From contig OZ234493.1 of assembly GCA_965153455.1 (NCBI GenBank), positions 7,244,213 through 7,308,212 on the forward strand: a stretch of 64,000 nucleotides of DNA. Direction: 5' to 3'. A model generated the notes under the pieces. That model was not told the DNA's origin, ran no database searches, and saw nothing but the letters and a program-made list of their open reading frames with translations. Position numbers and translations under genes: made by a program. Below, piece by piece: positions 53,211-64,000 of the stretch. The stretch comes from Sphagnum compactum (taxonomy: Eukaryota). Numbering within the stretch: the first letter of the stretch is position 1; each line of letters opens with the position of its first letter.

Positions 53211-53645
53211 CCATAAAGAAACTCCTGGACACTGCCACTCATGTTGCAACCATCTGAATTCTGTTGACTTCTTCATCATCATCATCAGATTTTCACCATT
53301 GTGCTGCAGCAATTGAAATCCGCTTGTGTCTGGGGTTTGTGAGGTTTTTGCTTGTGCATCATTGCTGTTACAACTCCTCATTCCATAAACCCTCTCTGTT
53401 TTCAGCATTCCATATGTGCTCGTCATCCATAAAAAACTTCTGGACTCCACCCACCCATTTGCAACCATCTGAATTCTGTTGGATTTTTCTTCTTCATCAC
53501 CAGATTTTCTCCATTGTGCTGCAGCAATTGAAATTCACTTGCATCTGGGGTTTTGTGAGGTTTTTGCTTGTGCATCATGGCTGTTACCACTCGTCATTCC
53601 ATCAACCCTCTCTGTTTTCTGCATTCCATATGCGCTCATTGTCCA
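53211..53645. repeat. Tandem duplication, about 215 bp x2
   Basis: ccataaa.aaact.ctggac...ttgcaaccatctgaattctgttg...ccattgtgctgcagcaattgaaat...gtgaggtttttgcttgtgcatcat...ccctctctgttttc.gcattccatatg occurs twice. Confidence 0.85.
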
Positions 53646-53738
53646 TTTGCTTGTTCACAACTCTCCAACAACAAGCAACACAAGGCAAATGGGTTGCTTA
53701 TTGGACTCTTGCAAAAAACTGGAAGCCGTGGTGGTAGG

Positions 53739-54020
53739 ATGAGATTCATCTTGCATCATCATCTGCAAACAAGAGTGGTGTCAGACCTCTGCAATGCTGC
53801 CCTGCAACAAGGAAGCTCCACATCACCATCTGCAGACTCTTCCCTGGCTAAAGTCTCCACCAGCAGCCAACGAAAATCGGTCTTCCTAGGGTAAAGTACT
53901 CTTCCATGACTATCATTTTTTTTCGCTCTTTTCTTTGCCTTCTTTGTTTGCGCATCAATCAATCTTTCAGGCAACAGATCCATGATCCATTAGTATCTGT
54001 ATGCAATGGATTTCAACGTT

Positions 54021-54051
<31 letters not shown>

Positions 54052-57000
54052 TCTGCAAAATGCTGTTGTTTCTGAATTCAGTGATGCTCACAAGCATGCA
54101 TACATCCATGCATTTGCTTGAACATTTCACATTTTGGGATATTTGTCTTGTGGTTTCTGCTTACCAGTTTTTTTGCTTTTGGTGGGTTTTGTATGCTTCT
54201 TTTTCTACCCATCAGGCCTGTGGAATACAATCGGCTACTACCATGTACACAACATATTTTACCCGCACGAATTGAGCACATGCTTGTTGAACAGGAGGGC
54301 AATATTGTTGATATTGTGTCCACTGCTCTTGTACTCCCACCTGCGTAAGTCATCATCTCCCCCCATAAACATCCGTCCTCTTCAGTTGTGACACAATGAG
54401 AGCAAACCACGTGAAAAACATTTGCAAGAGAATTTTGCAGAAAGTTTCACTTGTGACTATAATTCAGACAGAGAAAGAGAGGGGGATATATACTAGCACA
54501 AAAGGTAGATTTTTTTTTTCCTTTCCTCAGCAAAGGTGCAGCAGCAGGGTGAGCTCAGGATTCACATAGTTATAAATGGAAAACTTAGAAGCTCCTGCAT
54601 CTATAAATCTTTGGATCTGTCTACTGCCAAAACCATGATTGATATGCAAAGAGGATCGGCAATTTGTGGAAAACCCATGATCTATATGTGGCAAAGATAA
54701 CAACTATTTTTTATTGTGACAGTTATGTGGCAGATCTCATACATTTTGGAGCAATGCATTATGCTCTGGAGTGTCCTACTCCCCTACCCACAGCTTCTTC
54801 TGAGCAGCTGGAGCTTTACAATAGGGTCACCCGTTTGCGTTCCCTTCAGAAGAAACAGCGGGCTTCCTTGAAAGGGAAGACCATGAAGGAGGCACAAAAG
54901 GTGTTCAGAGTTACAAGTGAAGATTTTCATGTTGAAACGGGTACTTATTTGCGGGTGCATGTCCATCCCAAGCGTGCTCCAAGGTCCTTCAATCCATCTT
55001 TCCCTTAATCACCATATTTTTCCATGATCGCCATGACCCTATTCAACCAATTTTTGTTAAAAGTGTTGCTTCCTTGACAGCAATGCAATATATAGTAATA
55101 GTTGTTTGCACACCCTTCTCAATACAATTCTTCCCTATTTCAATGCTTTTATAACAAAAATTTCTGCTGCACTTGTGCGATTTTGGCTGTTCGTTTCCAC
55201 AATCTCCTTCAACAAGCTACTTTTGATTTGTGTTGTTGTTATGGGTGCAGAGTATATGAGATAGACTGGTTGTCAAGGATCATAGCTGAGACAGACTCTT
55301 ATGTGGTCCTTGACAAACCTGCAGGTGTCTCTGTATGTTTCTGAGCCCTGGTTACACAGTGGCAAGGGATGTTGCAATTCTCAGGCTTTTGTGTAGTCCT
55401 CTGCAATGTGTGCAATATCCGCCAGTTTCACAGTAGTATAGAAAAATGCATGAAATTCTAGTGTGGAGTGGAGAGCACAGTGCAAGGGAATGCCATAACG
55501 GATGTCATGTCACGTGTGCCAATGTCAGGTGGGTGGTACAGTGGACAATCTGGAAGAGATGTGTGCAACATTTGTGGGGCGGGCATTAGGGCTCAAAGAT
55601 CCACTAATTGTCACTCATCAGATTGATACATGCACTGAAGGATGGTATGTCGTCATCTTTCATGATCAGTATCACCATGTCTTCTAGAAATACTAATATT
55701 GTTTTAGTTACTACATCCTGGCAAGCCAAAGATTATGGTCTCAAGTGGTTTCCAGTCTGACATGGTTGGCTATTGGTTTATTGTTTTGCAGTGTAGTGTT
55801 TGCAAAGACAAAGCAATTCTCTTCACATTTCCACATGTTGCTCAGGGTCAGTTGTTTCTTTTCACATAATCTCCTGTTTTAGAGGCAGTTGTTCAACAAA
55901 GCTTGTTGCAAATATTTTCCTGTTACCTGAGTTTGTATCGACTTTGGAATTACAGAAATTTTGTGATTTCAGTAACACTTGTGGTGGTGGCGTATTCCAT
56001 CAAAATCAGGAAAGAAAAGTGAAAAAGGAATACTGTGCGTTGGCAGCTGCGCCAGTAGCTGTAGGACGTCATGTGCACTTCATGCAACCAGCTCGTTACG
56101 CGCCGCGGATTCTAAGCCAATGTATGTGAAAACCATTACATCCCTGCACAAAAGAATTCAACCCTTTTGTGACTTGATTTATGTGGGGAACTGGAACCAG
56201 AACCAAGATTGTTGAAAAATAGAGTTCTTGAAAGAAATTGACTAGAACTGGGGGCTAACTGGAGGTTAGCCAGCAGTTTATAACCACTGGTTCCAGTTTG
56301 GATTACCTGGAACCAGGTCTGATTTTCAGAACTGGAACCGGAAGTTTTTGGGGGCAAGAACCAGACCCAGAACCAGATTCTCTTATGTGAGGAACCAGAA
56401 CTAGAGCTGGAACTGTTCTATTTCAGTTTTTAGAACCAGAACCAGAGGGGTCTTCATAAAAGCAAAGAACCGCCCAACACTGGTTTTCACCCAGTGCATT
56501 GAATCACATAAGATTAAGTAGAGCAGTGAATCGATCTAGCATGCACACTGATCAAGCCTCTATTGCTAATTCTGAGTCACTTGTTGAGGAGATTTCCATC
56601 CTGTAGTCTAGAATGACATTTCCATAGAAGTTGGAAAGGTGATCAGCATTGATGCGTTTTTCAGTGCGCATGCAGTGCCAAATGCAGGCTGGTTCCATTG
56701 TGAGTTAGAGGTACAGAATTGCAAGCAAGTACCTTGGCCCAGTCCTGCCATACAGGAACAATTCCTTATTGGAGACTGTGGCTGGGTCTCCTGCAGTAAT
56801 GCATATGAGTGCCCTGTCCACCTGTTAACAGGTCGCACACATCAGGTAATGAAGCATGTCTCCATGTCTTCACAATTCTAATATACTACTACCTTTAAGT
56901 ACATGATGATCATAGAATTCTCAAGAAATGGCAGGGGTATCACCAGTAGCAGTTTCAGAACAAAAGAAGGATGTTAGAAGGACTTTGAACTCAGGGGATT

Positions 57001-57510
57001 TTCAGACTTTTTGTCATACACAATTTGTATGTTTTGAATCAGGACTTTTGTTATCTTCTTGGTGTAGAGCTAAGGGTGATGCCAACACTCTACTTAAAAA
57101 GCATTTTTTTATTCTATTATATAATAGAATGGTATAGGTGCTACACTTGATTGAACATATGAGGACGGTTATACCTTCCAAGTGGTTTCACAACTTAAAC
57201 TGAGATGAGAATCACATATGTTTCATTCCTGCAGATTCGGGCACAGTTTGCAGCATTGGGGGCACCTCTGGTTGGAGACTCAGTGTACATGCCAGCTGCA
57301 GCTGCACGACTCAGATCTCCAAACTTGGACCCTTTCCTAGATAGACTAAGAGCTGCAAATGAAGATGAGCTGGAGCTAGGTGAAGAAATATGGAAGGCAC
57401 AGCATGGGCCAGAACCTGAACGTGCGGTTGGATTGCAGGCATCAGTTTTATCATGGGAGGGAGAGCCTTGCATATTCAGAGCTGGTCCTCCATGGTGGCG
57501 TCAAATTTGA
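53739..57510 (+). CDS. RluA-family RNA pseudouridine synthase (plant organellar PUS6-like); N-terminus uncertain
   Basis: Exons 53739-53890, 54216-54344, 54723-54983, 55251-55332, 55529-55644, 55792-55846, 56010-56121, 56676-56845, 57235-57510 (1353 nt, 450 aa, phases consistent). Motifs VVLDKPAG, catalytic THQIDTCTEG, KEYCAL and LLTGRTHQIRAQFAALGAPLVGDSVY. Confidence 0.92.
56185..56482. mobile_element. One-ended MITE related to 31061-31371, in a pseudouridine synthase intron
   Basis: Ends aaagaaccgcccaacactg (same terminal repeat) and has many ggaaccagaacc motifs; no left TIR found. Confidence 0.6.
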
Positions 57511-57857
57511 TTTCTCACACTAGCTAGTGTGGGGAACTCCTGTAGAGAAAAACATAGACAATATCAAGCAGATGATGAATTTCGACAACAAAAAAGGATA
57601 CACTGTTGTGGAGGCATTTCTTTCCTAAATCCAAACAAAGTTCATGCTTCGCTTTAAAGTATCAAGTACAGAAGAGGTTCTTGCGGGTTTTTTTTTCCCC
57701 CTGTTTGTTTCCTACTAGAGGTTTTCACAATTTCATTGGAAAGCAAAAAGCACAAAACAATGGAAATTGTTGGTCAATTCCTGATTCCGATGCTAAACCT
57801 CGTAGAAAGTATTTTGTTCCAACCTCATGCGGTAGGAAATCTCATCAGCAGCAACAG

Positions 57858-57992
57858 GGTCTTCAAACATCCACCAAGAAGCCTGAAGATCGTTTACCAG
57901 TGATGGGGACTTCAAACATCCACCAAGAAGCCTGAAGATCTCTTACCAGTGGCAGGATCTTCAAACATGCACCACAAAGCCTGAAGATCTCT
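57858..57992. repeat. About 50-bp tandem repeat x3 downstream of the pseudouridine synthase stop
   Basis: cttcaaacatccaccaagaagcctgaagatc..ttaccagtg is repeated. Confidence 0.8.
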
Positions 57993-58827
57993 CATCTTCT
58001 CATCAGCTGAGCATAAAGGAAAAGTGTAAGCAAGCACATAAACTGACTCAATCAATCAAACGATGACTTCTGACAACAGCAAAGAGCCTACAATTGTGCT
58101 TCAAAATATTCCCAGTCAAATTCACATGGTCTTCAACACTTCACTGGCTAACCTGCCAACTCTCAGTACCCATTTTCTCTGTTGTCACAGCCATGCAGAT
58201 GGAGACTAGATTTCCTAAATCCATATCAAAATCTGCAGCAAATGATCACATAAGAAATCTCATCAAATATGTTCAAGTACACAGTTAGACTCAATTCTCG
58301 TATTCTTAGCTCTACAAAGGCACAAAATATGAAGGCAAAAATGAATGAAGAAAAACAGATTGAAAAACATTAGACTTTTGCATGAACACCAACGGTAGTA
58401 GTAGTAGTAGGTCAGTCAGTCATTCCAGAGAAGAAAACCACACAGAGGAAGGAAGCAGTTTTGTGAGCATTTTGATCCATTTAATAGAAGGTAAAAGTCT
58501 ATACAAGATCCAACTGATCTAGTCCCTTGATGGAAGGGAGAAAAAAGCTCTTAGAAAAGTACGACTTCTGATTTATGAGACCCACACCTGCCAGCATAGA
58601 AACTATCCATTTCTGGCTCCATACTACAACATTTTAATGCAAAAAATTGCATAATCTGAAGAAGAAGCACATGATTTCAGAAGCAAAGGGTCTTCTTCAA
58701 TTTATGCACAGCTGCTGACCATTGTGATGTTCAAAGACACATCTAACTACAGGAAGCTTTCTGGATTTGCTATATTGAGATTTCCAGTCCATCCAGAGAA
58801 ATGCTTTTGAGATTTCCAGCCCACCCA

Positions 58828-60164
58828 TCACTCGAAGATTCTGGCAATGCGGCAGTGACGTTTTGGAGACCCCAAAGGATAACGGGATTGCTGGAGCATC
58901 GACCACATGACGTGCACATCATCATAATGGCAGGATCTCACTTCATTGTATAGCTTCCCAATCCCTTGCCCTGCTCATACACAAGTTGAGATGTCAATCG
59001 ATCAGCAGAATGTTTTTTCACGTTCAACCTGATGAAGAAGAAGAAGAAGAAGAAGGATGCACCCTTGGAATGGCTTTTCACATTGAACCTGATGACGAAG
59101 AAGAAGAAGAAGAAGGATGCACCCTTGGAATGGCTTTTCACATTGAACCTGATGACGAAGAAGAAGAAGGCTGCTCCCTTGGACAACAGGAAGACAAACG
59201 CAAAATAACACAAAATAACATCTGTGATATTGATGATGCTGGAGCTTCTATAGACATCATCAAGGGCCTGAAATAGTATTAAGGATTGGAAACTGTATGC
59301 GTCTACATGCAGACAGGAAATCTCGAAATTGCAATTACAGGAACAAACAGAGAGATTTGCCAAGCAACAGTTGGAGAGTTCAGCCTTTCTCTCTCTCTCT
59401 CTCTGGCTTTGCTTCGTCTTTGTAATTGTAATAAGTACTAACGTCGTTCCCAGCGCGACTACTCTTTGCTTGTACAATTTCCGCAACGAAATGAAGACAT
59501 TATAATAATCGAAATCGTAATACAAAAGCTCCTTTGATCAATTCCGAACCGAGCACAGGTGCAATTCATCATGCTCGGCGTTATGAATTCTCTCAGGTCT
59601 GCAATGCAATCGCCAACTGACGACGAACCTTACTCGGCTGAGAAACACAGAGCGACAGGAATTCCTGACTCGATTTTCTTTTGACTCTCTCTCTCTCTCA
59701 TCTGGAAAAATTCCCTGAGCCTCAATCCATCGTCATCGTCATCCTCTCCTCTTCACTCCTGAAATAGAGAGAGTATGATCCAATTCTCTCGTATGATTCT
59801 TCTCTCCCCCCGACCGATTTCCCGTTACGCTATACTTTCCTTAGAATGAGTAGATTTGCAGGCAGACTAAGTAATCAAACGTCTACAGTGTGATCTCATC
59901 CTTCCCCACACAAAACTAGACTTCTTTGCTCTTCCTAGCAGCCACGAGGATCTAAATTGCTGTTTCTCGAACACAAAATTGAAAAAAAAATCAAATCGAC
60001 CAGCACACAAACAATACAGCCGCCAGGAAGTAAGAAAGAAGTGAAATCAAAATAAGAAAATCTGTACCACGTTTGTGAGGATGCAGTCTCAGAAGCACTA
60101 CGCTATGCACTGCACCCCACATCCTTTTGAACGGAGTCGTCACCTTCCTCAACCACTCCCCCAT
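58828..60164 (-). CDS. Small conserved plant protein of unknown function, 2 exons, 79 aa
   Basis: Exons 60164-60068 and 58970-58828 (240 nt, GT-AG) give MGEWLRKVTTPFKRMWGAVHSVVLLRLHPHKRGQGIGKLYNEVRSCHYDDVHVMWSMLQQSRYPLGSPKRHCRIARIFE. This fits the plant family pattern W..K...P.RR.W...G..KL..DV.TCGY.DV.VMW.ML as I recall it. Confidence 0.88.
59007..59185. repeat. 60-bp tandem repeat x3 containing (GAA)n, in the intron of the small-protein gene
   Basis: gaatggcttttcacattgaacctgatgacgaagaagaagaagaagaaggatgcacccttg is repeated. Confidence 0.9.
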
Positions 60165-61384
60165 GTCGTTGTCCACCACCACCAAGTCTTCTTCCCGCAG
60201 GCAGCGCAACAACAACAACAACAACAACAACAATTGCTCCAAAAAAACCGCTTTACACCACCGCTCAAGCTCGGAAATGGCTCAAATTGAGCGCTCTGAG
60301 CTCTACTATCTCACCATTACGCCTAAAGATGCTCCAAAATGCTCCGATCTCTGACAGAAACTGGCGATGGAAGATCAAAGAGACCCGACGTTCGTTGTTT
60401 CTTTGCAAGGCTCCACGAGAGCGTCGTCTTCCCTTCCCGTCCCCCCTCCTCTTTCTGTAGAAAGCAGGAACTACTAACCACGGTTAATATGAAACCCGCA
60501 GTGACCGAACCCCACCCTAGTTAGTACCTATACCAACCTACTGGCCTCTATAAGCCGCATGAGCCTACTATAAACTAGTTTTTAAAATGTTACCAAATTA
60601 AAATTAGAGTCCAAATGAAGCCCAAAAAAATAAAAAATAAAATCCCTTTTCTCTTTTTTCTTTTGGGAAATTTGGTGATTTTTTTTAAAAATGGGAATAT
60701 TATGACAATTAAAATTTTTTTCCCCCCACATTTGGTAAAATTTCCCCCCATTAGAAAAAAACCTATAACACTAAGCATGTATTATTATTATTATTGTTGT
60801 TGTTGTTATTTTTATGAGTGTGAGCAAGGGCAAGGTTCCATACTAAGCAAAATTCTCCCTCTAGTATATATATTTTAATTTTGTTCCCATATGGTTTCCA
60901 ATAGGTCTTTTTATATATGAATGATATCTCAAGATAAGTGGGTTTATATTAGTTTGATTTCATCCATAAATTTTCATGTTTTAATATTATGAAAGTTCTA
61001 ATGGGATTTGAATAGTTGTCTTGGAGTTTGTCATTTTATTATGAATTAATAGGATAATAATAATAATAATATGAAAAATGTATTAATTATCATGGGGTTA
61101 ATTTCATGCCTTTGGTACATGGGGGGGGGGGGAGTATACTAGGGTTAATTTTAGGGTTTGAAATTTATTAACCAAGGAAAATTTGAATTTTCATGACCCC
61201 GAAAAAAGGAAAAAGCCAAAATGCTATTTATTTTTGGTGTTATATAAGACTATTAAAGAGCTAAACTTCCATAATTTCCACACAATAGTACCTACCACCT
61301 TACTTGTAGCCAGCCGCCCCCCCCCCCCCCTCTCCCCTTTTCCTTCTCCTTTTCTTTCCTTTTGACTCCCCCTACTTCATGCAA

Positions 61385-61752
61385 AAATTGTGAGGAGTAA
61401 ATATTCAATATGGGTGGCACCTTGGGTGACAAATTGTGGAGAATGAATGAATATCCGTATACATGGTGGGCCGTTGTTGGATGACAAATTGTGGAGAATG
61501 AATATCCGTATACATGGTGGGGCTTGCTTGGTTGGATGACAAATTGTGTGAAACAAAGATTTGTGTGGGGGGGTGGATGAGACCTTTGGATGACAAATTG
61601 TGAAAGAATGAATATCCATATTTGTGGTGGGGCTTTGGATGACAAATTGTGAAAAATGAATATCCATATTTGTGGTGGGGCTTTGGATGACAAAGTGTGG
61701 AGAATGAATATTTGTATATGTGGTGTGGCTTTGTTAGATGACAAATTGTGCA
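61385..61752. repeat. Minisatellite, about 47-53-bp unit, about 7 copies
   Basis: Consensus ggatgacaaattgtggagaatgaatatcc.tat...tggtggggcttt. Confidence 0.88.
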
Positions 61753-64000
61753 AAACAGTTTGTTGGCGGGGGAGGGGTAGGCTAATAATAATAATAGTAA
61801 GACATGCAACACAACTACCCACAATGTGCTACTTTCTTCTCTTCTTCCCTCATGATTGGCAATAAATTATAACATTGTATTTTGTCAATAACATGCAAGT
61901 ATTACCCTCTCTACACAACCCAACCAACCACGTATTGTTGTGCTATTGTTGCAACACAAAAAGGGTTTTTAAAGTTGCCCATCATGATGCACAAAAAGCT
62001 CACAAAAACTTCACAAAAAGTTGGTAATGGCAACCATGCTACTACTACTACTACTACTTCACAATCACCCGATTTTGTTAGCTCAACTTGAACTCACTCG
62101 ACATGGCCACTTTCAAACAACAAAAGGAAGAAAACAAAGGGTCAATCTTTTTCTCTCTTTTATTTGCATTCTACTACGTAATTGTTACAATATTATTCTC
62201 ACATTTTATGCAGGTGGGGGTGGGCTATAGGTATAACTATAATAGTTTGCATGGCATTCACAAACCAAAATACTCCCTTTAGAACCAAAGAAGGCCATGT
62301 GATATATACTATACTATATACCTCTTGCCCCCTCCCCTCACCTCCTCCCTTCTCCCCCCCCCCCCCCCCCCCCCCCATTGATTGGTTTTTTGTGGGTCCA
62401 TTGCATGGGTCCATCCTTCTTTAGAAAGTGATCCATTGAAATTTGTGAGAGATTTTGTCTTTCTTTCCCCATTTTTTGGCAAAAAACTATGATAAAAATG
62501 TTGTAAAAATGTCTCATTATGTTAAAGGGTTAGAGTTCAAAGAACTTACCAAAGAAAAACTACTTATATTTATTACCAAGATTTCATAAATTCTTTGTTT
62601 ATTGTCAATGTGTAATTTTGAAAAATAAAATAATTATTTGGCATTCAAATGTGAAACTTTAAAATGTATTATAATACTATGGGTGGTGACAATATAATAA
62701 GTCACCTTCACCTCCTTACTATTTTTCTTTAAAACAAATGGGTTAACCAATCAAAATAACATGGCAAAATTGGATTGGCTATTTAAAGAAAATATTTAAC
62801 CAAAAACATCATTTGTACATATCAACAAAATTTTTTATGACCATTGCATTATCTTAATATCTAAAGATAGATTTAAAGATTTTCCCATAAATATGTTATT
62901 TCAAATCTTTTAAAAATCCATTAAACAACAAAATCATTGGTTACACTACTATATATGAAAGTGTGTTTGGGTTCTTTGTATTCATTAGATTCATTTCAAC
63001 TTATCCCTATTTTCATAATATATTATGAACATTTTTGTATAAATACACTAAACATATTTTTACATTAAATTGACTTGCCATTTTAAAAGATTAAATATCA
63101 AATAATGATTACATTTTTTTGTGTTAATATATTGTGATTGCATTTCATTTATGTCAAGGTGTGAATAATTTATGTCATTTTAAAAGTGTTTCAAATCCTT
63201 TATAAAATGAAAAAAAACAATGAGAACTATGTTTTGAAAATGTTTTTTGTATATTCCATATTCATTTTGACTCCATGTTGTAATGCATTACTAGTGACAT
63301 TCAACTAATTAATTAATGAAAAAGATGAATTGATTTTAGGAAAATTAAATTCCATTCAAATGAGAATATTGAATGACATTACATGAAATTTCAATTGAAA
63401 TTGAAGAGAAATAGGATGCAAATTAGTGGAAAACATATTAAAATTCCATTCATGAATATGGTGTTCGAATTTTATTTTTTTAGAAAAACATAAATTTGAA
63501 AAGACACCTTTCCATGCAAAATTGTAGTCACGAAGTACAATTTTTCTGCATTTCAAATTTATATGAAGATGTGGACACCGAATGTGATGCCAATAATGTG
63601 AAGTTTAGGTAGATTTGAGAAGTTTAATACTTGACCTAATCAAATCTTTGAAAATTCTGAACAAAGGATTAAAAAATAAAATCATGCTGAGTATATTTGG
63701 TACTAATAAATAAATAAATATGAAATAATAGTTAATTATTAAAAAATAATTAAACATTTAGTTACTATGAAATAATTAATTATTCTAAATGATTATTCGG
63801 ATAATAATTTATCTGAGTATTCCTTATTTAATTAATTCTGAAACATATGATTAATTCTGAAATATCTCAATAATCTGATTTAGGTAGTTAATAAAAGAGT
63901 TACGGTTAATAGTTAATGACTATTCATTAATAAATATTTTATTCAGCTAATGAATAATAAATAATAAATTCTTGAGAAATTAAATTGTCTAGTTACGAGT

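Noticed and set aside
58938-59525. ORFs with poly-E or poly-F repeats
   Set aside because: They come from the intronic 60-bp (GAA) repeat of the microprotein gene.
61292-61824. Overlapping His/Pro-rich ORFs
   Set aside because: They are open frames through the minisatellite in several phases.

Overview
Eukaryotic land-plant nuclear DNA with GT-AG spliced genes separated by AT-rich, transposon-derived tracts. The repeat style suggests a bryophyte such as a Sphagnum-like moss (inference only). I reconstructed six protein-coding genes exon by exon: (1) a rhomboid-like/UBA protein (RBL20/UBAC2 type, minus, 267-2810); (2) a CCCH zinc-finger protein (minus, 11245-17205) with an in-frame TGA inside an otherwise correctly phased exon; (3) mitochondrial-type NFU4 (minus, 32943-35576); (4) an intronless 534-aa low-complexity orphan with three internal repeats and a CCTIL CaaX end (plus, 49447-51051); (5) an RluA-family pseudouridine synthase (plus, about 53739-57510); (6) a 79-aa small plant protein (minus, 58828-60164). 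Between them lie two decayed pogo/Tc1-mariner transposases, a young non-autonomous Helitron, other Helitron-like, hAT-MITE-like and LTR-like relics, an orphan ABCG/PDR exon, and several tandem arrays. No rRNA, intact tRNA or CRISPR array is supported. The best candidates for novelty are the CaaX orphan, the in-frame TGA in the CCCH gene, a candidate spliced minus-strand transcript at 51.1-52.6 kb, and the ~50-bp array directly upstream of NFU4.
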